Part shown: positions 52,143 to 61,815 of the stretch, piece by piece | Layout of the letters: every line of letters starts with the position of its first letter | How positions within the stretch are numbered: position 1 is the first letter of the stretch | Source of the DNA: Sedimentisphaerales bacterium | GTDB lineage: Bacteria; Planctomycetota; Phycisphaerae; Sedimentisphaerales; SM23-30 | NCBI GenBank assembly: GCA_963663805.2 | Contig: CAXXMR010000009.1 | Location: 320,001 to 384,000, forward strand | DNA length: 64,000 bases | Reading direction: 5' to 3' | The notes under the pieces: model-generated | The model's input: the letters and a program-made list of their open reading frames with translations, nothing else | Databases searched by the model: none | Told to the model about the DNA's origin: nothing | Made by a program: the position numbers and the translations under genes

Positions 52143-52945
52143 TTGGATTTGACCTCGCTTTGGATTACGCAGTAGCGGGACCACACCTCGGTTACAGTTT
52201 GTCCATTTAAGGCTATGGTATTTTCGGAAATAAAAATCCTGGGATACATTTTGTTTAGTTTCTGGCGATATTCGGAAGCGGCTATTTCAATTTTCATTTC
52301 GACCGGACCAGCCAGACGCAGGGGATGTACCGGTGGGGGGGATTGAGCGACCTTTTTTGCGGCTTCAAAAATCCATTGGGCGGTTTCTTCCGGGCTGTAA
52401 CATTGAGCGGAGAACTCTCCCATTGCTTCTTTTACACTGACGGTTGTTACGCCGGGAATCATCTCTTTTGCTTCGGCCATGCCCGCGGAATCGCCGGTCA
52501 CCAGCCAGAGCGGGACGCCGAAGTCGCCAGCGACGGCTGCTTCCATGCCGATTTCGCCTACAATTTGCCCGTTAAGGTAAATATTCAGGTTTTTACGCGA
52601 ATAGCTGTGAGGCAGCAGGGCACCAGCTACGCCGCTGCGAGCGTGAAAACCTACCATGAGCATGGCGTCATAAGTTGAATCGATACCTCCCCAGTCGTTC
52701 CGGTAGGGGGGCTTGCCGCAAATAACGCTAACGCCTTTGGGCAGGTCTTCCAGAACGACATTGCGACCGTCGGTATGTTCATCGTAGATTACGATTTCAT
52801 GGTTTTCATCGGCGAAGCGTATGCCTCTAATGGCGGCATAGAGGTCGTTCATTAACATGCGACGGCCAAATTCGGATTTTTCGGCTTGCTCATAAGTAGT
52901 TACGCCGGTAACGCCTTCGATATCACTGCGAATCATGAATTTCAT
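52139..52945 (-). CDS. M55 family D-aminopeptidase (DppA-like)
   Basis: SDIEGVTGV, D.H...RN, VGFHA, L.H.Y, GE.G, LVTGD. Confidence 0.9.
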   Translation of the reverse strand: MKFMIRSDIEGVTGVTTYEQAEKSEFGRRMLMNDLYAAIRGIRFADENHEIVIYDEHTDGRNVVLEDLPKGVSVICGKPPYRNDWGGIDSTYDAMLMVGFHARSGVAGALLPHSYSRKNLNIYLNGQIVGEIGMEAAVAGDFGVPLWLVTGDSAGMAEAKEMIPGVTTVSVKEAMGEFSAQCYSPEETAQWIFEAAKKVAQSPPPVHPLRLAGPVEMKIEIAASEYRQKLNKMYPRIFISENTIALNGQTVTEVWSRYCVIQSEVKSK

Positions 52946-53394
52946 ATACGCACCTTCATGCAGATTTTGCGAACCTGGGCGGTTTCCTGATAGTTGCAGT
53001 TGGGGCGATGAACGTCCTGTGGATAAAAAACCGCGAACTTGCCCGGCTCCATAACGATGGAAGAAAATTTGTCGGTACTTTTCAGTTTGACCACGTCGTC
53101 TTTGGGGTCATATGCGCCCAGCGGTTCAAGTTTTTCGGCCAGAGCGATGTCCTGCCTTTCGCATCCTTCACGCAAGACCTGAATATCAAAATAGTTCTCG
53201 TGGGACTCAAATTTTCGTTGTTCCGCCGGTGAGGTTTGGTAGGATTGGACTTTGGCGAATATCTCGTCTCCCTCGACTTTATAAACTCCGTCGGGCTGGG
53301 ACAGGTCAAAATCCCGTGCGAAAACCAGGGCCCGGAATAATTTATCTCCGGGCTGACAATAAAAGTGCATGTTATCAAAAGTATCGTAAATCAT
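52942..53394 (-). CDS. YhcH/YjgK/YiaL (NanQ/TabA-like) protein
   Basis: MIYD, ESHENYFDIQ...G.E, F.VFYP.D.H.P, VRK.C.KV. Confidence 0.92.
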   Translation of the reverse strand: MIYDTFDNMHFYCQPGDKLFRALVFARDFDLSQPDGVYKVEGDEIFAKVQSYQTSPAEQRKFESHENYFDIQVLREGCERQDIALAEKLEPLGAYDPKDDVVKLKSTDKFSSIVMEPGKFAVFYPQDVHRPNCNYQETAQVRKICMKVRI

Positions 53395-53436
53395 TATTTA
53401 TAAACTCCTTAGATGTGTAAAACAAATACCGCCTAT

Positions 53437-53477
53437 TTATGTTATAACATAATAACGGTAATTATTTAGCTTGTCAA
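53437..53477 (-). promoter_or_regulatory. Sigma70 promoter of the catabolic operon overlapped by a palindromic operator
   Basis: Minus strand TTGACA (53477-53472)-N17-TATTAT (53454-53449); perfect 16-bp palindrome ttatgttataacataa (53437-53452). Confidence 0.8.
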
Positions 53478-53559
53478 GCCAGATTTTTTTACCTATAATG
53501 GAAAAATAATGTCAGAGATATAATTATTCGAGACCGGCGTCAAAACCGTCGGGGAAGCT

Positions 53560-54240
53560 ATGAAAAGAATGCCTTTGAATGTAATGGAACTTCTGCCTGC
53601 CCCGGAACGGGCCAAGGCCCAGATAATAGAACTCATCCGGACTGGTGAGATACCCTGTGGCCAACGGATTGACCAGCGGATACTGGCCAAGAGGCTCAAT
53701 CTGACCACGGCCCCTTTGCGGGAAGCTCTTAGCAGTCTGGAAAATGCCGGTCTGCTGCAAAGGATTCCGGGGCTGGGTATTTTCTGCAAGGCTTATACGG
53801 TAGATGAGATTGAGGAATTGATAGAGATTCGCGGGGCGTTGGAAGCTGTAGCTGCCGCGCGTGCCGCTTTTCGGATTTCGGTGAAAGAAAAAGGTAAGCT
53901 GATGGAGATGGCCCGAAAGCTGTCTGACGCGGGGACGTTTGAAAACGCCAAAGAATTTTTGGAAGAGCATATCGCTTTCCATCGTTTCATCGCGGAAATT
54001 TCCCATAGCGATAATCTGCTCAGGCTGCTGGATAACAATCATATTATTCAGCAGGTACTTTCGAATATCAGTGCCACTATCTGGCCGGTCGAGCCGCATG
54101 ACCATTTGAAGATCGCTGAAGCGATATGCAGCGGAGAACCGGAAACCGCTGAGCAGGTTGTCAGGCAGCATATCGCCCCGACTTTCCAGGAGCGTTTGCG
54201 GGCACTGCGTTTGAAATACGGCGACAAGCCGGTTATTTAG
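53560..54240 (+). CDS. GntR (FadR/FCD) family regulator
   Basis: LAKRLNLTTAPLREAL wHTH; EIRGALE, FHRFI, H..I..AI. Confidence 0.93.
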   Translation: MKRMPLNVMELLPAPERAKAQIIELIRTGEIPCGQRIDQRILAKRLNLTTAPLREALSSLENAGLLQRIPGLGIFCKAYTVDEIEELIEIRGALEAVAAARAAFRISVKEKGKLMEMARKLSDAGTFENAKEFLEEHIAFHRFIAEISHSDNLLRLLDNNHIIQQVLSNISATIWPVEPHDHLKIAEAICSGEPETAEQVVRQHIAPTFQERLRALRLKYGDKPVI

Positions 54241-54259
54241 AACAATTACAAGTGTTCTA

Positions 54260-54316
54260 AAAAATAAACGTCCTTGTAAAACCAAATGAATCGGTGGAAC
54301 AAGGACGCTTTTTTTA
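54260..54316. terminator. Probable bidirectional terminator
   Basis: A-tract, cgtccttgt...acaaggacg stem, T-tract between convergent genes. Confidence 0.55.
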
Positions 54317-54333
54317 TGTTTGCTTCTGATAAA

Positions 54334-55239
54334 TTATTTGCGTTTTCTCAGGGTGGTTAGTCCGCCCAGCAGCAGCAAGGCTATGGTTGTAGGTTCGGGG
54401 ACAGCGAATCCCGCGTCGTAGTTGGCCTGAACTTCCGACTGGTTCAACAGACGGTCGTAGATTCGCACTACGGCCAGGTCGCCTACATAATACATATCAT
54501 TCGGTGAGTTGCTGATTTTCGGGTCATAGGGGGCAAAGTAGAAATCGTCTAATCCGGTAGCGGCCAGGGTACGCACACCGTGGGTCAGGCGTGAACCGCC
54601 GTTGACGTAGATGTCGTGGTTGATTTCGATATTGCCGGTGGTGTCATTATACTGAGCGGCGTATTTAACGAAAACGACATGGGCCCATTCGCTGTCGCTG
54701 TAGTCCAGGACATAGCCGGAATGATAATGAAATGAACCTGTTAATGATGTTACAGCGGTTTCATTATCACGTTGCTGGAACTCAACCGCATATTTGCCGG
54801 TATTGGCATCACAGCGTAAGTCAAGCCGCCAGCCAGTATCAGCACCGTTGGTATTGCCGATGATAATGCCGCGTGTTTTGAGATTAGGGATAGATCCGGG
54901 CAGTCTTACCCAGGCCTCGATTGTGCACCAGTCGTCATCGACAAAGCTCAGTTCGCTGTGGGTGCCGATGTTTAGTACCTGGTCGTTGACCGCGCCGGCG
55001 GAATCAAATTGATAGTACCAGTTTTCGGTACCATCTCCGGCATTGACATCGACTTTAAGTTCGGGCAGTCCCACTAATTCTCCCGTACCCGAACCTGTGG
55101 TCGGCTGCCAGTAACTGCCCGGCTGATTTCCGGAGTAGGCGGCGTTTAGCTCGAGAGCCAGGCCGCTGGTTACTACCGCTGCCTGAAGTGAAACACTCAG
55201 ACATACAATCGCTACAACAAAAAACATTTTCCTTAACAT
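54334..55239 (-). CDS. LamG-like domain protein with PEP-CTERM sorting signal
   Basis: Start ATG 55239 (AGGAGG RBS), signal peptide, LamG motifs, C-terminal VPEPTTIALLLLGGLTTLRKRK. Confidence 0.9.
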   Translation of the reverse strand: MLRKMFFVVAIVCLSVSLQAAVVTSGLALELNAAYSGNQPGSYWQPTTGSGTGELVGLPELKVDVNAGDGTENWYYQFDSAGAVNDQVLNIGTHSELSFVDDDWCTIEAWVRLPGSIPNLKTRGIIIGNTNGADTGWRLDLRCDANTGKYAVEFQQRDNETAVTSLTGSFHYHSGYVLDYSDSEWAHVVFVKYAAQYNDTTGNIEINHDIYVNGGSRLTHGVRTLAATGLDDFYFAPYDPKISNSPNDMYYVGDLAVVRIYDRLLNQSEVQANYDAGFAVPEPTTIALLLLGGLTTLRKRK

Positions 55240-55344
55240 AGCATTTCCTCCTGCTAAGTTGGCCGGGTTTTTATAGGGAATCCATGTCTGTCCGCGCCGG
55301 ACGGCCAACGAACCTTTACGGTCAGACCAAGAGCTTCGACGGCT

Positions 55345-57189
55345 CTAAATTTTTGTATACTGTGGTTGCGCTTGTTTAGCTGTTTTTTTTGAACCAGTGG
55401 AAATTGCCTGACGTTCGATAGCGGCTAGACGAGTCTGTATCTTACGCAGGCGCTCACTGTCGAATTTGGGAGTTCTATCGAAGAAATACAAACCGTTCTT
55501 TTCCTGAAAAACATCGGTTAACTGGGTATAGCAATAGCCGAACATATTTGGTTCGTCGAGCAGGACATTGCACAAACCTTCGAAACGCTGATAGAATTCT
55601 TCAAGAGTTTTAGGGCCGTCGCCATATCCCCATGACGAGCGGTTGCAGTTTTTGTGCATTTCTTCGGGGAACCATTTAATGCCGCCGAACTCGCTGCAAA
55701 AGTAGGGCTGGCCGTTATAGGGGACACAGCCGTCATTGTCGGATTTATATTTGTTAATATAGGCGTTGCCGTATTTCAGGCCGCTCATTTCTTTTTGGAA
55801 TTGGGCTGGGTCTTGTTCGTAGCAGTGACTGTCGTAGATATCGGTTGCACTGATACGATGGGAGAAACCGGAGGCATCGATAACGGGGCGGGTGGGGTCG
55901 AGGCTTTTGGCGGCGAGGAACATGCCCAGGGTGAGGTCGTTGAGATAATCGTTCTGGTCGGTGATTTCTTTCCAGGTCTCGTTCAGGCCGCACCAGCCGA
56001 TGATGGCAGGGTGGTTATAATCGCGGTTTAGTACTTCCAGCCACTGGGTTATATAAGTTGCCTGGGGATTGTCTTTGTCGATACCCCAGTCGCCGAACTC
56101 ACCCCAGACCATATAGCCCATTCGGTCGCAGTGATAGAGGAAACGTTCTTCGAATACTTTCTGATGAAGCCGGGCACTGTTAAAACCCATTTGCAGGGCG
56201 AGTTCGATGTCCTTTATGAGGGCGTCATCGGTGGGGGCGGTCATCAAGCCGTCGGGATAATAGCCCTGGTCCAGCACCTGCCTCTGGAAGATAATATTGC
56301 CGTTGATTTTTACCGCTTTGTCGTCGATAGAAACACTACGCAGGCCGGCGTAACTTTTAGCTGCGTCGATGATGTTGTTATCTGAGTTGAGCAGTTCGAT
56401 TGCGATATTGTACAGGAACGGGTCCTGGGGCGACCAGTATCTTAGACGGTTTTCGGGGATGAGAAGGTCCGCCGAGGGCGTAAAATCGTTGTCGGCGGAT
56501 ATTGTTACATTGGTGACGGGGCCCTTGTCGTCGCTTAAGGTTATTTTGACTTTTGTGCCGGGCCTGCTGTTGGTTATGGGCAAAGTTACGGTAAATTTGC
56601 TATTGGTCAGGTCGGGTGTGATTTTGGGACGCTTAAGATGAATCTTGTGGACCGGTTCCATCCACACCGTCTGCCAGATTCCGGTAGTGCGGGTATAGAA
56701 GCAGCGATGATTATCGTGCTGATTGTAGGTTTGTTTGCCGCCGGGTTTGTTGGTTTCGTGTTTGAGGTCGCGGGCTCGTACAACGATGACCGCTTTTTCG
56801 CCCGGTTGTGCCACTGTGCTCAGGTCGCAACTGAAGCCACACCATCCGCCGCGATGACGAATCATTTCTATCCCATTAACCCAGACGATGCAGTCGTAAT
56901 CTACCGCCTGGAAATGCAGCAGGGTATTCATGCCGTCCCAGTCTGGGGGGATGGTTAGTTCCCGACGATACCAGACGGCGTTCATGAAGTCGGTATATTC
57001 AATGCCGCTGAGCTTTGATTCGGGGCAGAAGGGGACTGTTATTTTTCCTTTAAGGGGTCGCTCCAACATGCCGCGTTCGAATCCGGTATCGGCTGGGTCA
57101 ATTTCAAATTCCCAGGGACCGTTCAGGCAGAGCCATTTGTCTCTGACGAATTGGGGACGAGGATATTCACTTCTAGGGATGTCCATCAT
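55345..57189 (-). CDS. GH2 glycoside hydrolase (beta-galactosidase/glucuronidase-like), no signal peptide
   Basis: EYPRPQ, LNGPWEF, LHFQAVDY, GIWQTVW.E, LDQGYYPDG, NHPAIIGW...NE, SEFGG. Confidence 0.93.
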   Translation of the reverse strand: MMDIPRSEYPRPQFVRDKWLCLNGPWEFEIDPADTGFERGMLERPLKGKITVPFCPESKLSGIEYTDFMNAVWYRRELTIPPDWDGMNTLLHFQAVDYDCIVWVNGIEMIRHRGGWCGFSCDLSTVAQPGEKAVIVVRARDLKHETNKPGGKQTYNQHDNHRCFYTRTTGIWQTVWMEPVHKIHLKRPKITPDLTNSKFTVTLPITNSRPGTKVKITLSDDKGPVTNVTISADNDFTPSADLLIPENRLRYWSPQDPFLYNIAIELLNSDNNIIDAAKSYAGLRSVSIDDKAVKINGNIIFQRQVLDQGYYPDGLMTAPTDDALIKDIELALQMGFNSARLHQKVFEERFLYHCDRMGYMVWGEFGDWGIDKDNPQATYITQWLEVLNRDYNHPAIIGWCGLNETWKEITDQNDYLNDLTLGMFLAAKSLDPTRPVIDASGFSHRISATDIYDSHCYEQDPAQFQKEMSGLKYGNAYINKYKSDNDGCVPYNGQPYFCSEFGGIKWFPEEMHKNCNRSSWGYGDGPKTLEEFYQRFEGLCNVLLDEPNMFGYCYTQLTDVFQEKNGLYFFDRTPKFDSERLRKIQTRLAAIERQAISTGSKKTAKQAQPQYTKI

Positions 57190-57216
57190 AGAATCTTTCT
57201 AAAACAAATCACTACT

Positions 57217-57990
57217 TTACTTACGTGGGTCGGGCCACCAGCATTTTCGATTGTTTACATATTGCTGAAAAATGACCATGTCGTCGAAGTCACACATTTT
57301 GGCACTGCCGTCAATAAAGGCCTGGGGTGAAGCTTCTGGTGCTTCGGTTTGAATTTTGCGATTAGGATGAAAATATTCCCAGGTTGTTCCATTGGGCTGG
57401 GTCTGTACTACACAGCCGGCTACCGCCATTCTTGTGGTTGCCTGCGAGGCTTTAAGGGGTGGGACGAAAAATTCTCCGTTAGCCACATCCGGTCCCCAAT
57501 AAACCGCTCCGTTTATCATGGCTGTTTGAGTTTCAGCATAGCCGACGTAGAGGCCATAGTTACCCTTGATCCAGGGTCCTTCAGGGTCGCTGGCGGTAGC
57601 GACAAGCTGTTCTTCCCACATATCAATAACGTCCGGGTTGGAAGGGCAGTTGGTGACCTTATAGTCGATAAGATAAGGTTTGACAAAAATCTCATAAAGA
57701 TTATTACGTCCCTCGACGCGGTAATATATCAGGTTATTATGATGCATCTCAATTATCCCCTCGGAGTTCTTCCAGAAACGGGAGGGGAATTTGTCGTTGT
57801 TATCTTCTACATAAGTCCAGACTCCGATGGCCCACTGTCTCAGATTGGAAAGACAGACTGTCTGTTTGACCTGTTCGCGGGCTTTGCTCAGGCCGGGCAG
57901 AAGAATCGAAACCAGTAAAGCGATAATAGCTATTACCACCAGCAATTCGACCAGAGTAAATCCTTTTTGCTCTTTTTGTCTACTGTTCAT
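57217..57990 (-). CDS. Prepilin-type N-terminal cleavage/methylation protein (DUF1559-like)
   Basis: [41 protein letters not shown]...AFIDGSA. Confidence 0.92.
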   Translation of the reverse strand: MNSRQKEQKGFTLVELLVVIAIIALLVSILLPGLSKAREQVKQTVCLSNLRQWAIGVWTYVEDNNDKFPSRFWKNSEGIIEMHHNNLIYYRVEGRNNLYEIFVKPYLIDYKVTNCPSNPDVIDMWEEQLVATASDPEGPWIKGNYGLYVGYAETQTAMINGAVYWGPDVANGEFFVPPLKASQATTRMAVAGCVVQTQPNGTTWEYFHPNRKIQTEAPEASPQAFIDGSAKMCDFDDMVIFQQYVNNRKCWWPDPRK

Positions 57991-58017
57991 CTTTGTGTCT
58001 CCTTAATGTCTTTTCTC

Positions 58018-60570
58018 TTATTCTAAAGTAATCCTGCCATTGGTCAGCCAGTATTCCCAGACCAGACTCAGGTCGTTGATGTCTATCAGGCAATCTTCGT
58101 TGAAATCGAATGTTTCGATACCGCCGCATTGTCGATTGGTAGCGCTGGAAATGCCGTCAGAATACAGTTTAGTGACCTGTTCGGCGGTCAGCAGTTTGTC
58201 ATATATTCTTATCAGAGCGATGTCGCCGGTGAAGTACATGTCGTTGCGGTAGGTGCTGACTTGCGGGGCTCTGGCGGGTAAAAACAAATCCGCTAAAGAG
58301 CTCGCCGGCAGTACACGGACACCATGGCTCTCAAGTTCACCGTTGATATACCAGTCATGATTGACGCTGATATTGCCGCCGGTATATTCCGCGGCGTATT
58401 TAACAAAGACAATATGCGACCATTCGGTGCTGCTGTAGTCGAGGCAATAATCAGTGAGGTAATGCAGGATACCGGTCCATGATGTTTGGGCGGTTTCGTT
58501 GTCACGCTGCTGGAACTCGCAGGCGTATTTGCCGGTTGTGGTATTACATCTGACGCCGAAACGCCAGCCGGTTTCGGTACCGTCTATGTTGCCCAATATA
58601 ACGCCGCGGTTTTTGGAATTGTTTATTTGGCCGGGCAGTCTCACCCAGGCTTCGATAGTACACCAGTTGTCATCCACAAAGCTAAGGTCGCTATGTGAGC
58701 CAATATCGAGAACCTGGTCATTTGTCGTATCAGGGGCGTTGAATCGATAGGACCAGGTGTAATCTCCGGGAGCGTTGGTGTCGGCCTGAATCGCAGGGGC
58801 ATCGACAAGCTCTCCGGTACCGCTGCCTATGCTGGGTTTCCAGTGTGAATTAACATTGTTCCCGGCTTCGGCCGCGTCCAGTTCCATTACCGGGTCGGGC
58901 ATCCATTCCGGCAGCATAATATCGATCCAGGTGATTTTCTCGGTTGCACCAGAAACCATGGTTACCGCTACGGTATTATCACCGTCGGCGATTAGTTCCT
59001 GCGGGACGAGCCAGGCACGATAGTCTTCATCTTCACCGAGAAAATTATCGTAGGGGCTGTCAAAAAGCTCGCTTACATCACTGGCTGCGGTTAATGATTG
59101 GCCGTTCAAACTTACCTGCCAGACGCTGCTGTCGAGCGAGTCAAAACCCCGAATGCGAAGTTTGCCGTCGGCGTAAGCTCCCGGTGTCATTCTCAGGGTG
59201 AAGGTGTGAGTTTCTCCGGCATTGAAAATTTGCTCCAGTTGACGCGAAGTTGTACGGGGGGGATTGTTCCAGGTGCCCGCCATGAAATAATGATGGTCCT
59301 GTAATGCCAGCCAGTTCGGGTCGCCTAAATGTTCGAACACTTCAAAAGGCGGTTCGTGGAACGGGCCGATATATTCCAGGTCCGCGCCATGCTCGCGATA
59401 ATACGCGAAATTGAACATAGTAATTCCCGCGGCACCCTGAGCGTAAGCGAGGTGGGCAGTAGTGTAGAACTGTTCCAATGTGGCACGACGATAAGGATAG
59501 CTGTCATAAACACCCGGTATGGGTGAGCCGGTAATCGGGGTGTTGGTCATTTCCAGATAAACCGGAGTATTGGGCACCATGCTGACGACTTCGGCAATCT
59601 GCTCCTGCTGGTCGGTGAAGAAATACGATGACAGATTTACCATGTCAACGCCCGCGGCGACCATGCTGGGGATGTCTATGCCTAACGCGTCGTGAGTTTC
59701 CAGATAACCCGGCACGCGTACGCAAAGCCATTTGTAATCGCCCGGGTCGGTGTTGTCGTCGAGGTATTGCCGGACTTCAGCGACCACGGAAGTGACGATG
59801 CTTTGTCGTTGGGCACTGGTGGTAGTGTCTTGCGGGAACAAGCTGCACATTCGCATGAAATCCAGTTCAAAGCCGTCGATGTCGTAGTTCTCGATAATTT
59901 CCTCGATAAACGCCAGTTTATAATTGCGTACTTCGGGGATGGCCCAGTTTTGCACCCGCTGGTACCAGTCGTTTAAATTAGTGCCGATGCGATATTCGGG
60001 GTTTTCTTTGTAGAACTGGGTGATATTATTGCCAGCACCGTTGGGTATTTCGCCGGGCAGGTCGTCAACGTTATCAAGTCGATGGCCGTCATTGAGACGA
60101 TAGGAAATGAAAGGCACAAGTCCTTTTTGCCGACAGCGGTCCACAAATTCCTGAACGATATCGCCGCCGTTCATCATGTAAAGACCGAAGCTGTCGGGCC
60201 AGACCTGATAGGTGTCCATGAACCATTGATAATGGTTGGGCAGAATGGTACTTTCCCACCAGGGTACCCAGCCAACGCCGGGCTGAAGCATATGAACTTC
60301 GATACCAATGTTAGCGGTCTCGTCGATACTACCCTGCAAGGCCGCGGTCGAAAATGGAACCCTGGCAGGATGATAGGGGCTGGTGCAGGAATACACATTG
60401 GTCGTATCGTTGCTGTAAATAACCTTGAATGGGGCACGGGGACGCGTAGTAGTCTGAGCCTGAATCGGCTCGCTTGAAAAACCGGCCCATATTAGTACGC
60501 TAGCTAGTAAGATTCCCGTCCGGATAACAAGTTGAATTTGATTTTGCATTGAGTACCTCATAAGTATCAT
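58018..60570 (-). CDS. Secreted TIM-barrel glycoside-hydrolase-like protein (GHL10/DUF187-like) + beta-sandwich + LamG + dockerin-like C-terminus
   Basis: Signal peptide; YSNDTTN, ISYRLNDGH, NWAIPEVR, YDIDGFELDFMR, GAAGITMFNF; LamG; DFNEDCLIDINDLSLVWEYWL. Confidence 0.8.
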   Translation of the reverse strand: MILMRYSMQNQIQLVIRTGILLASVLIWAGFSSEPIQAQTTTRPRAPFKVIYSNDTTNVYSCTSPYHPARVPFSTAALQGSIDETANIGIEVHMLQPGVGWVPWWESTILPNHYQWFMDTYQVWPDSFGLYMMNGGDIVQEFVDRCRQKGLVPFISYRLNDGHRLDNVDDLPGEIPNGAGNNITQFYKENPEYRIGTNLNDWYQRVQNWAIPEVRNYKLAFIEEIIENYDIDGFELDFMRMCSLFPQDTTTSAQRQSIVTSVVAEVRQYLDDNTDPGDYKWLCVRVPGYLETHDALGIDIPSMVAAGVDMVNLSSYFFTDQQEQIAEVVSMVPNTPVYLEMTNTPITGSPIPGVYDSYPYRRATLEQFYTTAHLAYAQGAAGITMFNFAYYREHGADLEYIGPFHEPPFEVFEHLGDPNWLALQDHHYFMAGTWNNPPRTTSRQLEQIFNAGETHTFTLRMTPGAYADGKLRIRGFDSLDSSVWQVSLNGQSLTAASDVSELFDSPYDNFLGEDEDYRAWLVPQELIADGDNTVAVTMVSGATEKITWIDIMLPEWMPDPVMELDAAEAGNNVNSHWKPSIGSGTGELVDAPAIQADTNAPGDYTWSYRFNAPDTTNDQVLDIGSHSDLSFVDDNWCTIEAWVRLPGQINNSKNRGVILGNIDGTETGWRFGVRCNTTTGKYACEFQQRDNETAQTSWTGILHYLTDYCLDYSSTEWSHIVFVKYAAEYTGGNISVNHDWYINGELESHGVRVLPASSLADLFLPARAPQVSTYRNDMYFTGDIALIRIYDKLLTAEQVTKLYSDGISSATNRQCGGIETFDFNEDCLIDINDLSLVWEYWLTNGRITLE

Positions 60571-60881
60571 ATCGTCTTATTGAATGATAGAATTATTCGC
60601 TAAAAACGTAAATGGATAATGGTACTAAAAATTTTAACTATTCTATTATATAAGAATCCTCGGTTTAGATTCAGCAAGGGGGCTTTAGGGGTGTTAATGT
60701 GCGAATTTGTTAAAGTTATACGGGATTATACTTTTAGAAATATACGTTGCGAGGCCTGTTTTTGGCTTTTATTTTGACTTTTACTTCTATTTTGGTTATG
60801 CTTTGGTAGTTTCGCGGTCAGGTTGCGGCGTGGGCCGGGCCGGACTTTGATATTTTTATCTATTCTGCTGGAGAATCAAAA

Positions 60882-61733
60882 ATGCCTGAGATGGTTGCCG
60901 CTAATCCGCCTGCTAATTTTCGGGTGATTCGTATGGGGACCAAGTACTATCACGAGCGGGATTATGTGCTTTTTCGGCCTAAGGGGATTGCGGATTATAT
61001 TTTTATCGACTTTCTTAACCCCGCGGAGCTGAGCTTTAATGACCAGATGCACATTGTTCAGCCGGGCAATTGCATTTTTTTTAAGCCCTGGATGCGTTAT
61101 GAAGTCAAAGGTCATGACACCGGGCTTGGTAACGACTGGCTGCACTTTCAGGGCGAGGAGGTGGAGAACATTTTGGCGTGCTACGGCCTGCCGCTCAACG
61201 AAATTATCCCGACCGTAAACACCTCCTATGTTCGCGAGATATTGGAGAAGATTGAAGGGGAAATTCGCGAATCGATTATTCCGCATCGTAATCGCCTTGT
61301 CGAGATTTTGTTTGAAACGCTTTGTATAAACATTTCTCGCAGCGTCCATGCCGAGACCGCCCTAAAGCTTAGCCCTTCCAAAAAAGAACATCTCGAAAGT
61401 TTTCGTAAATTACGGATTGAAATTCTGGAAAATTTCCAGCGGGATTGGACGGTTGAGGACATGGCCGACAATGTATATGTCAGCCATTCGCGCTTCGCGG
61501 TATTGTACAAGGAGTTTTTCGGCGTTTCGCCCATCGCTGAGCTGCTGCATACGCGTATCGAACATGCCAAGTGGCTGCTGACCAACACGACCACCGCCAT
61601 AAATGATATTGCCGGTCAGTGTGGTTTTAAGAACGTTTATTACTTCAGTCGTAAATTTCGCGAACTTGTCGGCTGTCCGCCCAGCCGGTATTACACGCAT
61701 TATGTTCGCAAAGTGACCGGCGAGAAATCTTGA
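60882..61733 (+). CDS. AraC-family transcriptional regulator
   Basis: Cupin N-domain; WTVEDMA...FGVSP; IAGQCGFKNVYYFSRKF...P..Y. Confidence 0.95.
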   Translation: MPEMVAANPPANFRVIRMGTKYYHERDYVLFRPKGIADYIFIDFLNPAELSFNDQMHIVQPGNCIFFKPWMRYEVKGHDTGLGNDWLHFQGEEVENILACYGLPLNEIIPTVNTSYVREILEKIEGEIRESIIPHRNRLVEILFETLCINISRSVHAETALKLSPSKKEHLESFRKLRIEILENFQRDWTVEDMADNVYVSHSRFAVLYKEFFGVSPIAELLHTRIEHAKWLLTNTTTAINDIAGQCGFKNVYYFSRKFRELVGCPPSRYYTHYVRKVTGEKS

Positions 61734-61755
61734 AGTATTTGAGAGGGACCGGGCA

Positions 61756-61798
61756 ATAAAAAAAGCCGCGAGACGATGAATCCCGCGGCTTGGCTTTT
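61756..61798. terminator. Probable bidirectional terminator
   Basis: aaaaaaa-gccgcg...cgcggc-ttggctttt between convergent genes. Confidence 0.65.
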
Positions 61799-61815
61799 AA
61801 GGATAATCAATAAGC

